Shown: positions 19,348 through 30,543 of the stretch, piece after piece
Numbering within the stretch: the first letter of the stretch is position 1
Layout of the letters: every line of letters begins with the position of its first letter
Assembly (NCBI GenBank): GCA_963727625.1
Contig: CAVSHR010000002.1
Coordinates: 1-64,000, forward strand
Source of the DNA: an uncultured delta proteobacterium
Lineage (GTDB): Bacteria; Desulfobacterota; Binatia; UBA9968
Length of the DNA stretch: 64,000 bases
Reading direction: 5' to 3'
Translations under genes and position numbers: made by a program
The notes under the pieces: generated by a model
Databases searched by the model: none
What the model was told of the DNA's origin: nothing
The model's input: the letters and a program-made list of their open reading frames with translations, nothing else

Positions 19348-20696
19348 ACCAGGTAGCTGCGGAAATACGTGGCGAGGCCAAGGAAGGACAAGAACCCGAA
19401 GGCGTCGGTGAGTCCGGTGACGATGATCCCTGAGCCGAGCGCGGGGTCGAACTTGAGCGCCTTCAACAACAAGGGAATCACCGCGCCGGCAAATCCCGCC
19501 ATCAAACCCAGATTGAGAATCATCGCGGTCGCCAGCACCAAGCCGAGAGAGGGGTTGCCTTTCCATAAAGTCGCCGCCAGAGCGATCACGGCGCCGGCCG
19601 CCAGGGCGATGCAAATATTGACCGAGACCTGCTTGACGATCGCTTTCCACGCCGAGGCGAACTCCAATTCGCCCAGCGCGATGGCGCGGATGATCACCGT
19701 GGCGGTCTGGGTCGCGCCGTTGCCGCCGACGCCGGCCACCACCGGCATAAAAGTCACCAGCGCGATGATCTCGTGAAGCGTGCCCTCGAACAATCCCACC
19801 ACCGAGGCGGCGAGCGTGGCGGTGAGCAAATTCAGAATCGTCCAGGGCAGGCGCATTCTCACCGAGCGGGAGATCGGCGTGAAGACGCGGTCTTCCTCGG
19901 CCAGACCGACCATCCGGTACATGTCCTCGGTGCTTTCCTCGTTGATGATGTCGATGACGTCGTCGACCGTGATGATGCCTTCCAAGCGGCCCGCTTCGTC
20001 GACGATAGGCAACGCCAAAAGCTCGTAACGGGACACCAGCCGGGCCGCCTCCTCCTGATCCATAAAGACGTTGGCCTTGACCGGGTCCGCGATCATCATC
20101 TCGGTTAATTTACGATCGCGCGGCGCGATCACCAGATTACGAATCGGCACGACCCCGATCAGCTTGCCCGCTTCATCGACCACGTAGAGATAGAAAAAAC
20201 TCTCGAGTTCGCCGTGTTCGCGAATTTTATCGATGGCGCCCTGGGCGGTGGTGTCGGGGGGCAGCGCCATGAAATCGGTGGTCATGATTCGTCCCACCGT
20301 GCCCTCGGGATAATTAATGATCTCGCGCACCGCGGCCTGGCGCTCGGGGTCGAGCAGCGCAAGCACTCGTTCGCGCCGCTCATCGGACAGGCTGTCGATA
20401 AAAGCGACGGCATCGTCCGGGTCGGCGCGAACGATCAAACGGCCGACTTTTTCATCATCGATCAACTCTAATATGTCGGGTAAGAGCTCGGGCGGAAGCT
20501 CCCGAAGCGTCTTATCGGCGCGCCGTGCCGTAAACAGAATATCGAAGAGCTGGCGCACCTCGCCGTTCTCTAGTCCCTTGAATAAGAGGGCGATGTCGGC
20601 GGGGTGGCTTTTGCCGATGAATCGCAAGACACGATCCGGGGTTGCCGTGCGCAACATCTCTCGAACGGTATCGTAATCGATCGGAGCTGGCTTCAT
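19344..20696 (-). CDS. mgtE: magnesium transporter MgtE
   Basis: HPADIA, CBS pair, RMRLPW, GGNGATQ, DPALGSG. Confidence 0.95.
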   Translation of the reverse strand: MKPAPIDYDTVREMLRTATPDRVLRFIGKSHPADIALLFKGLENGEVRQLFDILFTARRADKTLRELPPELLPDILELIDDEKVGRLIVRADPDDAVAFIDSLSDERRERVLALLDPERQAAVREIINYPEGTVGRIMTTDFMALPPDTTAQGAIDKIREHGELESFFYLYVVDEAGKLIGVVPIRNLVIAPRDRKLTEMMIADPVKANVFMDQEEAARLVSRYELLALPIVDEAGRLEGIITVDDVIDIINEESTEDMYRMVGLAEEDRVFTPISRSVRMRLPWTILNLLTATLAASVVGLFEGTLHEIIALVTFMPVVAGVGGNGATQTATVIIRAIALGELEFASAWKAIVKQVSVNICIALAAGAVIALAATLWKGNPSLGLVLATAMILNLGLMAGFAGAVIPLLLKALKFDPALGSGIIVTGLTDAFGFLSFLGLATYFRSYLV

Positions 20697-20847
20697 AATA
20701 AGTTGGCGATCACAAACAGATCGTTCTTCATTACTACAGACCAGCGGATTTGCAAATCTCCCGCGGGATTTGGCCTGATTTAGATCCGGCGAGAAAATTT
20801 GTTAATGTAGGCGGGACGGATCACAGCGCAAAAAGAGGGGAAAACGG

Positions 20848-22281
20848 ATGACCGACAAGGGCCAAAGAATGTCGCGACGGCGCCACGCCGTAGCACTCTG
20901 CGCCGTGCTGGCCTCTCTGATATGCGCGGCGGGGCAACTCCAAGCGGCGAGCCTAGCCGCGCTGGAAGGCGCGCGACCGCCTTCGTTCGCGGCAATTGCC
21001 AAACGGACCATGCCGGTCGTGGTCAATATCTCGACCACCTGGCAACGTTCCGTGCGCAGCGGTTCGAACGATCCCATCGAGGATTTTTTTAGCCGCTTCT
21101 TCGGCGAGGCATTACCCCGGGAAAATAACCAACGCAGTTTGGGTTCGGGTATCTTGATTAGCCAGGACGGCGAAATCTTAACCAATTATCACGTGGTGCG
21201 GAACGCGGATCTGATCAAAGTGAAGCTGTCCGATCAAACCGAGCACGAGGCTCGGCTGGTCGGCAAAGACGAACGCACCGATCTGGCGTTGATCCGTATT
21301 CGAAAGACTGCGGGCAACCTGCCCTTCGCCAAGCTTGGCATGTCGAGCCAGGTGGACGTCGGCGATTGGGTAATGGCGATCGGCAATCCCTTTGGTCTGG
21401 AACACACCGTGACCGCTGGAATTGTCAGCGCCAAGGGTCGGGTGATCGGCGCGGGCCCGTACGACAATTTCATTCAGACCGATGCGGCGATCAATCCGGG
21501 CAACAGCGGCGGGCCAATGATCAACGCTCTGGGCGAAGTGGTCGGCGTCAACAGTGCGATCTTCAGCCAGTCGGGCGGCAACGTCGGCATCGGTTTCGCC
21601 ATTCCCATCGACCTTGCGAAGAAGGTGGTCGATCAACTTCGTAAAAACGGCCGTGTCGTGCGCGGCTGGCTCGGTGTGCGCGCCCAAGACGTAAGCCCCA
21701 CGCTGGCATTGTCGCTTGGACTTGCGCGCAATCACGGCGACATGGCGATTGTGACGGAGGTGGCTGAGCACAGTCCGGCGGCCGACGCGGGAGCGCGCAC
21801 GGGTGACGTGATCATTGGATTCAACGGCAAGCCTGTGCCCAAGAGCCATGACTTTCCCGCGATCATCGCCGACACCCTTCCCGGCCAAAAAGTGACGCTG
21901 AAAATCATCCGAGATCGAAAAGAGCAAACCCTCTCGGTCAAGATTGGCGAGTTGCCTGATGAGAGTGATCCCACCCAACAGACCGAAGCGCGGGATCCGG
22001 AACTGGGGCTCAGAGTTCAACGGGTTACGCCGGAGGTGACGCGCCGTCTCGGCTTGAGCTCCGCGAAAGGCGTTCTGGTGGTCGAAGTTCAACCCAACAG
22101 CCCGGCCGATCAAGTCGGCATTGAACCCGCGGACGTGATACGGGAAGTCAACCAACGGTCGGTAAACAACGTCAAGGAGTTCGAACGAGCGACGCGCCAG
22201 GGGCGGCGCGGCGATCGGATTTTGCTGCTTGTGCAGCGCGGTGATAACGCGGTATTCTTCGCGGTGAGACGCAAGAGTTAG
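20848..22281 (+). CDS. DegP/DegQ (Do) serine endoprotease with two PDZ domains
   Basis: TNYHV, DLAL, QTDAAINPGNSGG. Confidence 0.95.
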   Translation: MTDKGQRMSRRRHAVALCAVLASLICAAGQLQAASLAALEGARPPSFAAIAKRTMPVVVNISTTWQRSVRSGSNDPIEDFFSRFFGEALPRENNQRSLGSGILISQDGEILTNYHVVRNADLIKVKLSDQTEHEARLVGKDERTDLALIRIRKTAGNLPFAKLGMSSQVDVGDWVMAIGNPFGLEHTVTAGIVSAKGRVIGAGPYDNFIQTDAAINPGNSGGPMINALGEVVGVNSAIFSQSGGNVGIGFAIPIDLAKKVVDQLRKNGRVVRGWLGVRAQDVSPTLALSLGLARNHGDMAIVTEVAEHSPAADAGARTGDVIIGFNGKPVPKSHDFPAIIADTLPGQKVTLKIIRDRKEQTLSVKIGELPDESDPTQQTEARDPELGLRVQRVTPEVTRRLGLSSAKGVLVVEVQPNSPADQVGIEPADVIREVNQRSVNNVKEFERATRQGRRGDRILLLVQRGDNAVFFAVRRKS

Positions 22282-22289
22282 GAGGTTTC

Positions 22290-22490
22290 ATGTTTGGACT
22301 TGGCTTGCCGGAGCTGATGGTGATCTTGGTGATCGCGCTTGTGATATTCGGGCCCAGCAAACTGCCGCAGATCGGCAGTGGGCTTGGCAAAGCGATACGA
22401 GATTTTAAAAAGGGTGTTACCGGGAGCGAGGACGAAGAAGACGATAACAAAGAGGAGAAAAAAGACCCCCCCAAAGATTTGCCACGCTAA
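22290..22490 (+). CDS. tatA: twin-arginine translocase TatA/E
   Basis: FGPSKLPQIGSGLGKAIRDFK; RBS GGAGG. Confidence 0.95.
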   Translation: MFGLGLPELMVILVIALVIFGPSKLPQIGSGLGKAIRDFKKGVTGSEDEEDDNKEEKKDPPKDLPR

Positions 22491-22691
22491 ATCCAGTCGC
22501 TCCATCGCTTTGCTGCCGATTTTGTCCGGCAGCCATCCGCCGTCATTGATCGCCAATTCGCTGCGCTGCGAAACGCCCATTTAGCCTGTTGACCCGCCGC
22601 GCCGGTAGCTAGCATTCACAAGTCAAATTTGTCGAGAATGCGTCACTGAACTCGCGGGCGATTTGCCCCATGCGGCGAATCTCGGAAGGCA

Positions 22692-23354
22692 TCAAAGAGT
22701 CGTCAAGTGCTTTTGAGCTCCGTTGGAAGAGTGCAGTTCTTTGCGGCAGAGCACCACCGTGTAGAGCGATGATTTGTTAAGCTTATAAATCGTTTCGACC
22801 TTGAGCTTGGTGGTTTGGATAAACGGTTTGAGCTTGAGATCCGTGCGCCAGCCCAGCCAGCGCGTGATCGGATCGAGAGCTTGGGTGAAGGATCCCAGCA
22901 GAGGCCGTTCGCTGGTAAAATGATTGACAATGACAATCCAGCCGCCGGGTTTGCACACCCGCTTGGCCTCGGCGATCATGCGCACCGGATCGGGCACGAC
23001 CGTTACGACGTGAAACGCCATGACATAATCAAAGGAGTTGTCGGGAAACTTAAGGTCGAGGGCGTTCATTTCCATGACCTTCAGGTGCGACCAGCCGTTG
23101 TCCTCAATTTTTTTCCGGGCGCGCGCCAGCATATCGGGTGCCAGGTCGACGCCGGTGATTTCGCAATGGGAGGGATATGCGGGAAACGAGGTGCCGGTAC
23201 CGGCGCCGACTTCTAGCACCTTGGCGCCGGACGGGATATCAAGATCCTCAATAACCCGTTCGATACGGTCGTAAAATATCTTGCCGAAGACTTTGTCGTA
23301 AAGCGGGGCGAATTCCGCATAAATCTTGCTCTCGTGTGCCTCGATGTCTGCCAT
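22692..23354 (-). CDS. class I SAM methyltransferase (PmtA-like phospholipid N-methyltransferase)
   Basis: VLEVGAGTG, VVTVVPDP, IVIVNHF. Confidence 0.8.
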   Translation of the reverse strand: MADIEAHESKIYAEFAPLYDKVFGKIFYDRIERVIEDLDIPSGAKVLEVGAGTGTSFPAYPSHCEITGVDLAPDMLARARKKIEDNGWSHLKVMEMNALDLKFPDNSFDYVMAFHVVTVVPDPVRMIAEAKRVCKPGGWIVIVNHFTSERPLLGSFTQALDPITRWLGWRTDLKLKPFIQTTKLKVETIYKLNKSSLYTVVLCRKELHSSNGAQKHLTTL

Positions 23355-23384
23355 TTTTCCCCACCCCGACCAGAGCTGCGAGCG

Positions 23385-23579
23385 TCAAGCGTCGCGGATA
23401 TCCTTAGGTTGTTTCTTGTAAAAAATGGAGATGTCGCGCTTGCGAAATCGCCATTGTTTGCCTTTCTTGAAGGCGGGCAAAATATTTTTGCGGGCGAACT
23501 CGTTAACGGTATCCGGGCTGACGTCAAGAATGACGGCTACTTGCTTGCTGTTGAGCAATTCCTCTTCTCTTTCCAACAT
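23385..23579 (-). CDS. excisionase-like HTH_17 DNA-binding protein
   Basis: LLNSKQVA..L.VSPDTV..LPAFKKGKQWRF; RBS GGGGAG. Confidence 0.8.
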   Translation of the reverse strand: MLEREEELLNSKQVAVILDVSPDTVNEFARKNILPAFKKGKQWRFRKRDISIFYKKQPKDIRDA

Positions 23580-23965
23580 ACAATCTCCCCTAGCGATTTA
23601 CCAGCGCGCGAAGGACAAAAGTCGATTTTATCTAACAAGTTCACTTTAGGCTGTCAAGGCAAAAACCGCAACGACGAGTTGAACCTAGGGAAAGATGATT
23701 GAGGCTCGCCACAACCGCTCATTGTCTCGACTTTTTAACCCTTCAGGCGGTGCTGTTGCCGCCAGGAACCAGCTCGCAGTTCTAGGCCTGGGCGAAACCC
23801 GGATCGGTAGAATCATCATTTTGCAATGTTTGTGAATCCTCTGCGTTGTCAAACTCTTGCGCGGCTAACCAACTTCCTCTAGCATGACCGCACGTTTGCC
23901 GAGCCGGTGTGTTTACCGGGGTCGGCAAAACGGCATGATTTCATTCCACCCTTGTCGATCCGCCC

Positions 23966-26900
23966 ATGAGAAAAGTTCTCAAGCTTCTTGGTTTTGTCAG
24001 CGTTACGCTGATCCTGTTCTTTATCGTCGCAACCTTGGCGTTTTACCACTTGATTCGGATCGGCGAGTTCCGGCGCTTTTTGATCAATGAGATCGAAACT
24101 CGCACGGCACTGCAAGCACAACTGGGCGCCGCCGAGTTGGAAATCGGCTGGATCACTGGAATCGTCTTCCGCGACTTAGCCTTGACCGAGCCCCAGGCGG
24201 CGCAGCCGGCCATCACCGCGGAGCGGATCATCGCGCGGGTGGCGCTCATGCCGCTGTTGCGCCAGCAAATTATTATTTATGAAATTCGCGTGCAAAAACC
24301 GACGGCGCATTTTGTCCGAGACAAAGACGGCCATCTGGCCTTGCTCGACAGGCTGCTCAATTTGCCATTTTTAAAGCAGCAGGATGGCGAGTTCAGCCTC
24401 GATCTTCGGTCGCTAAAAATCGAAGGTGGCGTCATCGGGTTAACCGACCGGCAGCGAAGCGACAACATCGGCGACTGGCGGCTGGTCAATGCCAAGTTGA
24501 ACCTCGAACGGCTGCGCGGCCAGCGTCTGCGCGAGCTGATGCAGGAATTGATTAAGCGTCCGGCGGCAGAGGCCGGAGGCGCGGCATTGGCGTTCGAGCT
24601 CAAGGGCCTCGTGTTACGAGATAACGCCAAGATAAACCTGCAGGCGCGCGGGCGGCTGGCATTTCCGGAAAAATTTCTGCAGTTTCATCAAGCCCGCTGG
24701 GACGGCGATATTCAACTGGTCAATTTCCCCGCTGCCCTGATCAAAGATTATATTGGCGCGCGCCTGCCGATAAAATCCATGGCCGGGTACCTCGGCCAGC
24801 GGGTACATATCGATGGGAACCCCGGAACAGCGTTGCGCTTGAAGGGCGACCTTGAGTTCAAGCAGCTGGCGATGGACGCGCCGGAGTTATTCTTGGAGCC
24901 GTTTGCCGGCGCCGACGGCCGGGCGACCTTTGAGCTCGATTGGAGCCGGCAGCGCTTGCAAGTAAAGCGGGCCGACATTCGTGCCAACGACGTAAAGTTT
25001 TCGCTCCAGGGCGATATCGACGGCATGGACCGAGACGACCCGCATATCCGCGTGAATCTAACCGGATTGACGGCGCCCGCCGCCGCGCTGCCGAGATATT
25101 TACCGCTCAAGATTTTGGGTTTGCCGCGGCTGGAAAAAACCATCCAAGCCATCCAGGCCGGCCAGGTGGAGATCAAACGCGCCGCCGTCGACGCGACGCT
25201 CAGCGAACTGCGCCGCTTGGCGGAAAGCGGCGCCAAACCGGTTCGTCTCGAAGCCCAGCTGCGCGACCTCGTCGTGGCATTGCCCGCGGCGGGGGCATTG
25301 CCGCTGCGCAACGTCGAAGGCCAGGTCAAATTGGCGAACGGCGTTTTGGCAGTCACGAATCTCAAAGCCGTCTACGGCGATTCGCGTTTTGACGGCATCG
25401 ACGGCAACTATGATTTTTCCCCAGCGGCCGGCGGAAAGTTTGAGTTCAAGGGCCGCGGCGACGTGAATCTGGCGGAACTTGGAGAGCAAATTAAATACGA
25501 CTGGTTTTCATTGCAGACCGCGAAGGTGGCTGCGTCGGTCCAAGAACTGGGCGGGCGCGCCAAAATCGATCTCGATCTGCGGCGTTTGCCGGACGGGCCG
25601 ATGCAATTCGTCGGCAAAGCGGCGCTCGACAACGCGCGCGTACGCTATGATCAGTATGCGCTCAGCGGCTTGCACGGTGAACTCGCTTTCACGCCGAAAG
25701 AAATCAGGGGCGAAAAAATTCGCGCACAACTCGGGGGCTCGCCGATCCAGATTCAACTCGTTCTCAAAGACTACGACAGCGACAACGGTAGCTTTGATTT
25801 AGCGGTCGACTCACCGGGCGTCAAAGCGGGTTTGGTCTCAAGCCTGCTACTCGACACCGGCAGTCCACAGGATCCGGGCACCGTGCGCGGCTCGGTTCGC
25901 TACTGGGGTTCCTTCGGCGCCAAGGGTCAGCGCAAGCTCACCGGCGATCTGGATCTCGTTAACGCGCAGTTGCTGATGAGGCCGCTGCTCCAGCCGCTGC
26001 GCGAGCTCAGCGGCAGAATTAGAATCGACGACACCGGTATCGATTTTCAAAACCTCAAAGCGCTGCTCGTGGGCGTGCCGGCCAGCGTCAGCGGACGGTG
26101 GCGCTATACGGCATCGCCGCAATTGCTCTTCGACTTCGCCGCGCCGAATTTAGATATCACCTACCTGATCTCGCAGATCGATCCGGAGTCGAGCGAGTTT
26201 TATGCAAACTTGGTCGCCGAGGGAAAAATCACCCTCGGAAACGGCCGGATCAAAAAATTCGAATTTAGCGATTTAAAAACCAACGCGACCATCGATCACC
26301 GGGTCTGGCGCCTGACCAATCTGACCGCCCAGTCGGCGGGCGGGGCGATTCAAGGGGTAACGACCATCTTCGACCGGCCGGAGACTCTCGGTGTGGTGAC
26401 GGAACCGAGAATCCAGAACGTGCCGATTCAGGCGTTTCTCAATTGGTTCGGCACCACCACTACCGAGATGACCGGTAAGGTCCATTTGACGGGCAAACTG
26501 GAAACCGTCGGCAAAAACGACGCGGAGCGAAAGCAAAACTTGAATGGCGCCTTCAACTTGAAGATCGACGAAGGCACGATCAACCGCATGCGTATTCTGG
26601 TGCAGATCCTCAACCTGCTGGATCTGTCGCGCTGGTTTACCTTTCAAATGCCGGATCTGGCCAAGCAGGGCATTCGCTTCCGATCGATCACCGGGAATTT
26701 CGCGGTTACCAATGGGGTCTACTCGACGAAAAACCTCTTGGTGGATAGCAACGACCTGCGCATGACCGGGATCGGCAAGATCGACCTGCCGAAGGATGAA
26801 CTGGACTTCGTTGTCGCCGTTCGACCCTTCGCCGGCATCGATTCGGCAATCAACCAGATTCCAATCCTCGGCCGCGGCATCGCCGCGATCAAGAATTCCT

Positions 26901-27082
26901 TTCTGGTGGCGAGTTTCAATATTAAGGGCAAGATCGATGACCCGACGATCACTCCGGCGCCGCTGGGTACGCTCTCGGAAATGTTCTGGAGCGTCCTGGG
27001 TATTCCCAAAAACATCATCGGCTTGGGCGAAGGGGAGAAAAAAAGCGAGACCAAGGAACCGGTAAAACCGCCCGCCAAATGA
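23966..27082 (+). CDS. AsmA-like/YhdP-like large periplasmic bridge protein
   Basis: 1038 aa, N-terminal TM, beta-rich repeats, AsmA-like C-terminus. Confidence 0.8.
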   Translation: MRKVLKLLGFVSVTLILFFIVATLAFYHLIRIGEFRRFLINEIETRTALQAQLGAAELEIGWITGIVFRDLALTEPQAAQPAITAERIIARVALMPLLRQQIIIYEIRVQKPTAHFVRDKDGHLALLDRLLNLPFLKQQDGEFSLDLRSLKIEGGVIGLTDRQRSDNIGDWRLVNAKLNLERLRGQRLRELMQELIKRPAAEAGGAALAFELKGLVLRDNAKINLQARGRLAFPEKFLQFHQARWDGDIQLVNFPAALIKDYIGARLPIKSMAGYLGQRVHIDGNPGTALRLKGDLEFKQLAMDAPELFLEPFAGADGRATFELDWSRQRLQVKRADIRANDVKFSLQGDIDGMDRDDPHIRVNLTGLTAPAAALPRYLPLKILGLPRLEKTIQAIQAGQVEIKRAAVDATLSELRRLAESGAKPVRLEAQLRDLVVALPAAGALPLRNVEGQVKLANGVLAVTNLKAVYGDSRFDGIDGNYDFSPAAGGKFEFKGRGDVNLAELGEQIKYDWFSLQTAKVAASVQELGGRAKIDLDLRRLPDGPMQFVGKAALDNARVRYDQYALSGLHGELAFTPKEIRGEKIRAQLGGSPIQIQLVLKDYDSDNGSFDLAVDSPGVKAGLVSSLLLDTGSPQDPGTVRGSVRYWGSFGAKGQRKLTGDLDLVNAQLLMRPLLQPLRELSGRIRIDDTGIDFQNLKALLVGVPASVSGRWRYTASPQLLFDFAAPNLDITYLISQIDPESSEFYANLVAEGKITLGNGRIKKFEFSDLKTNATIDHRVWRLTNLTAQSAGGAIQGVTTIFDRPETLGVVTEPRIQNVPIQAFLNWFGTTTTEMTGKVHLTGKLETVGKNDAERKQNLNGAFNLKIDEGTINRMRILVQILNLLDLSRWFTFQMPDLAKQGIRFRSITGNFAVTNGVYSTKNLLVDSNDLRMTGIGKIDLPKDELDFVVAVRPFAGIDSAINQIPILGRGIAAIKNSFLVASFNIKGKIDDPTITPAPLGTLSEMFWSVLGIPKNIIGLGEGEKKSETKEPVKPPAK

Positions 27083-27360
27083 TGCTTAAATTAACTTTGT
27101 ATTCGCGCCCGGATTGCTGTCTCTGCGAAGAGATGAAAGCGGTGATCGGCGAGGTTGCGGAAAAGATGCCGGTCGATCTCGAAGAGATCAACGTCGACGG
27201 CGCCGCCGAGCTGAGGCAAAGATTCGGCGACGAAGTTCCCGTGCTGTTCATCAATGGACGAAAGGCGTTTAAATATCGGGTTACGGCGGAAGAACTGGCC
27301 AAGCGCTTGAAAAAACACCTCCCGCCGTTGCGGTCGTGGCTGAGGCGTAAAACGTTTTGA
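27079..27360 (+). CDS. glutaredoxin-like protein (DUF836)
   Basis: YSRPDCCLC, VPVLFING. Confidence 0.85.
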   Translation: MMLKLTLYSRPDCCLCEEMKAVIGEVAEKMPVDLEEINVDGAAELRQRFGDEVPVLFINGRKAFKYRVTAEELAKRLKKHLPPLRSWLRRKTF

Positions 27361-27778
27361 AACCAATAATCGTGTTGATGCCTTCACGTGACAAGTGCCC
27401 TCGACCGAGCCTGCGCGCGGGATTTTGCTATGCGCTCGCGAGAGGACGAAGCTATCCCGGGGATGCGGCGAAATCATTCGTCCGCGCGTTGTGGTCGAGT
27501 TCGTCGAACACAATTTGGCTTTATCACATTTTATCCACGGGACAGGGATTAAACGGCGTCCTTGGAAACTCATAGAGCAACCCGGGACGATCCTTCTCGG
27601 TCCCGGCGAGCCGGAGATGGCGCACAAAACCGACGAATTCTGCTACTCTTTGAACTTCGATTTGGCGATCGAGGTGTAGCGGGAGATTGCAAGAAAAGGG
27701 TGCGGGAATTAGATTACTCTTGGCTAGGGATAGTCGATCGATGAAGCAAAGACGCGTTTAAGGACCACGGAGTGCGTT

Positions 27779-28147
27779 ATGGCCAATCAAATCGTCTGGT
27801 GTGACATTCCCGTATTGGATTTAGATCGGGCGGTCAAATTTTACTCGGCGGTGCTGGGCCAAGCGGTGAAGAAGCAAGAGTTTCCCGGCATGGCGGTGGG
27901 CATCCTGCCGCATAACGACGGCGAGGTCGGCGGCTGCCTGTTTACCAGCCCGGACGAAAAACCGTCGGACAAGGGCATGATGATTTATTTGAACACCAAT
28001 GGTCGGTTGGACGATGCGCTTGCCGTGGTGGCGGCCAATGGCGGCAAAATCATCCAGCCGAAACATGCGATCGGGTCCTTCGGCTTTCGCGCCATAATTC
28101 TTGACAGCGAAGGCAATCGGGTTGCGCTGCACTCGGACTCATTCTAG
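27779..28147 (+). CDS. VOC/glyoxalase family protein
   Basis: WCDIPVLDLDRA.KFY, DSEGNRVALH. Confidence 0.88.
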   Translation: MANQIVWCDIPVLDLDRAVKFYSAVLGQAVKKQEFPGMAVGILPHNDGEVGGCLFTSPDEKPSDKGMMIYLNTNGRLDDALAVVAANGGKIIQPKHAIGSFGFRAIILDSEGNRVALHSDSF

Positions 28148-28168
28148 GTTTTCTGCGGAGACGTCTCG

Positions 28169-28570
28169 ATGGTCAACTGGGTCGACCTAAAGTTCACCTG
28201 GATCGCGATCTTGCTGCTTCTTGCCGCAGTATTTTTATCGGCCGAGGCGGCCCAACCGGGCAGTGCCAAGGCTGCGCAATCTCCACCGGCTACAGCGGAT
28301 CCCGGACCCTGGCTGCTCGCCGGCCGGGAAGGCAAATGCGCGCCGCTGTCGATCCTGGCACGCAAGGGGCGGGATTTCAGCAACGTCCAAAGTCCTTACC
28401 AACTGGTCGAAAAACTGCGCGCCAAGGGTCACAAGGCCGAAATCAAAGAATACAAAGCGGGTACTCGCCCGGCCGTTGAAGTGCGGGCGCCCTCGGCTGG
28501 GCTTTACGTCATGTTCGTGAAGAAAGAATTTTGCGACAAGGCGTCGCCGCCTGCCGAGAAAAACAAGTAG
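28169..28570 (+). CDS. hypothetical exported protein
   Basis: Signal peptide, two Cys, coding-like codon usage. Confidence 0.6.
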   Translation: MVNWVDLKFTWIAILLLLAAVFLSAEAAQPGSAKAAQSPPATADPGPWLLAGREGKCAPLSILARKGRDFSNVQSPYQLVEKLRAKGHKAEIKEYKAGTRPAVEVRAPSAGLYVMFVKKEFCDKASPPAEKNK

Positions 28571-28575
28571 CGCGG

Positions 28576-30408
28576 TTATTCGTCGTCTTCGTGGCGCCGC
28601 CGGGGGCGGTCGGCTTGCTTTAAGATTTTTTTGCGCAGGCGAATGGATTGCGGCGTCACTTCCACCAGTTCGTCATCGGCGATCCATTCAATGCCTTCTT
28701 CCAGACCCATCTCGCGGTGCGGTGAGATGATGATGTTTTCGTCTTTGCCGGCCGCGCGCATGTTGCTGAGTTTTTTCTCCTTGCAAATGTTCACGTTCAA
28801 GTCATTTTCGCGTGAATACTCGCCGACCACCATGCCCTCGTAAACTTTAGTTCCCGGAGCGATGAAGAGCACGCCGCGTTCCTGCAAATGGAAAATCGCG
28901 TAGGGCGTCGTTTGCCCTTCACGGTCGGCTACCATGGCGGCGTTTGTGCGGGATTGAATCGTCCCATGCCAGGGCTGCCAGCCATTGAACAAGGCGTTCA
29001 TGATGCCGGTGCCGCGGGTATCGGTGAGAAAGCGCGAGCGAAAGCCGATCAATCCTCGCGAGGGAACGGCAAATTCCAAGCGCACCCGTTTCGATCCAGC
29101 GTGGATCATCTTGGTCATCTTACCTTTGCGCATGGCCAGAAGCTGCGACACGACGCCGATAAAATCTTCGGGAATATCGATCACGAGCAATTCCATCGGT
29201 TCGTTGATTGCGCCGCCGATCTCGCGCGTGATGACGGTGGGCTTGGAGACCATCAGCTCATAGCCTTCACGCCGCATGGTCTCGATCACGATCGCCAACG
29301 CGAACTCGCCGCGGCCGGTGACTTGAAACACGTCGGCTTGCGCGGTCTCCTCGACGCGCAGACTGACGTTGCGTCGTTGTTCAAAAAACAACCGTTCGCG
29401 CAACTTGCGTGAAGTCACGAACTCTCCTTCGCGGCCGGCCCAGGGCGAATTATTGGCACAGAAGAGCATGGCGATGGTCGGTTCGTCGATGCGCAGCGGG
29501 GGCAGCGCCTGGGGTTTTTCACGGTCGGCGATCGTGTCGCCGATGCCGATATCCTCGATGCCGGCGACGGCCGCGATATCGCCGGCTCCCGCCGACGCGA
29601 CTTCCACTCGTTTGAGTCCCTGCCAGCCGTACACTTGGGTGACTTTGACCAGTTGCTGGCTGCCATCCGCCCGGCACAGCGTGTACTGTCCCGGAGCCAG
29701 GGTGCCATTCTTAACCCGGCCGACCGCGAGCCGTCCGACGTAATCGTTATAGTCGAGATTGTTCGCTTGAAACTGTGTCGGCACAGCGGGGTCGACGATC
29801 GGGCCCTGCAAGTTCTGCACGATGAGCTCGAACATCGGTTTGAGATTTTCACCCGGCGCTTTTAAGTCGAGCGTCGCCGTGCCGGCGCGGGCATTGGTGT
29901 AGACGACGGGGAAGTCGAGCTGCTCTTCGCTGGCATCGAGGTCGATGAAAAGATCGTAGATCTCGTCCAGCACGGCATCGACGCGGGCATCGGGCCGATC
30001 GATCTTGTTAATGCAAACAATCGGTGTCAGTTTGGCCTCGAGAGCTTTCTTCAGAACGAAGCGGGTTTGCGGCAACGGGCCTTCGGAAGCGTCAACCAGC
30101 AACATGACGCCGTCCACCATCGCCAGCGTGCGCTCCACCTCACCGCCGAAATCGGCATGGCCCGGCGTGTCCACGATATTGATCTTTATGTCGTGGTAGT
30201 GGACGGAGGTGTTTTTGGCCATGATCGTGATGCCGCGCTCGCGCTCGAGGTCCATCGAATCCATGACCCGGTCGGCGACCTGTTCGTTGGCGCGGAAGAT
30301 GCCGCTTTGGCGCAGCATGCCGTCGACGAGAGTGGTTTTGCCGTGGTCGACGTGGGCGATAATGGCGATGTTGCGGATATCTCGGCGGCGGCCGGGCGAG
30401 GTTTGCAT
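28576..30408 (-). CDS. typA: translational GTPase TypA/BipA
   Basis: [21 protein letters not shown]; BipA-type C-terminus. Confidence 0.97.
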   Translation of the reverse strand: MQTSPGRRRDIRNIAIIAHVDHGKTTLVDGMLRQSGIFRANEQVADRVMDSMDLERERGITIMAKNTSVHYHDIKINIVDTPGHADFGGEVERTLAMVDGVMLLVDASEGPLPQTRFVLKKALEAKLTPIVCINKIDRPDARVDAVLDEIYDLFIDLDASEEQLDFPVVYTNARAGTATLDLKAPGENLKPMFELIVQNLQGPIVDPAVPTQFQANNLDYNDYVGRLAVGRVKNGTLAPGQYTLCRADGSQQLVKVTQVYGWQGLKRVEVASAGAGDIAAVAGIEDIGIGDTIADREKPQALPPLRIDEPTIAMLFCANNSPWAGREGEFVTSRKLRERLFFEQRRNVSLRVEETAQADVFQVTGRGEFALAIVIETMRREGYELMVSKPTVITREIGGAINEPMELLVIDIPEDFIGVVSQLLAMRKGKMTKMIHAGSKRVRLEFAVPSRGLIGFRSRFLTDTRGTGIMNALFNGWQPWHGTIQSRTNAAMVADREGQTTPYAIFHLQERGVLFIAPGTKVYEGMVVGEYSRENDLNVNICKEKKLSNMRAAGKDENIIISPHREMGLEEGIEWIADDELVEVTPQSIRLRKKILKQADRPRRRHEDDE

Positions 30409-30543
30409 CACCCTTGTTTATTAGGGAGCGTCACAGCATTGTCAAGCGCGGTCCTGATTTAAGCCGGCGAGCCCATTTCTCGGCGTCACTTGCGGCGCCA
30501 TTTCTTGCGACTGTGAACACCGTGGAGTATCCTAACCTGATCC

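Noticed and set aside
27395-27679. 94-aa ORF between the glutaredoxin-like and VOC genes
   Set aside because: No RBS or recognisable motif; could be a decayed gene but unsupported
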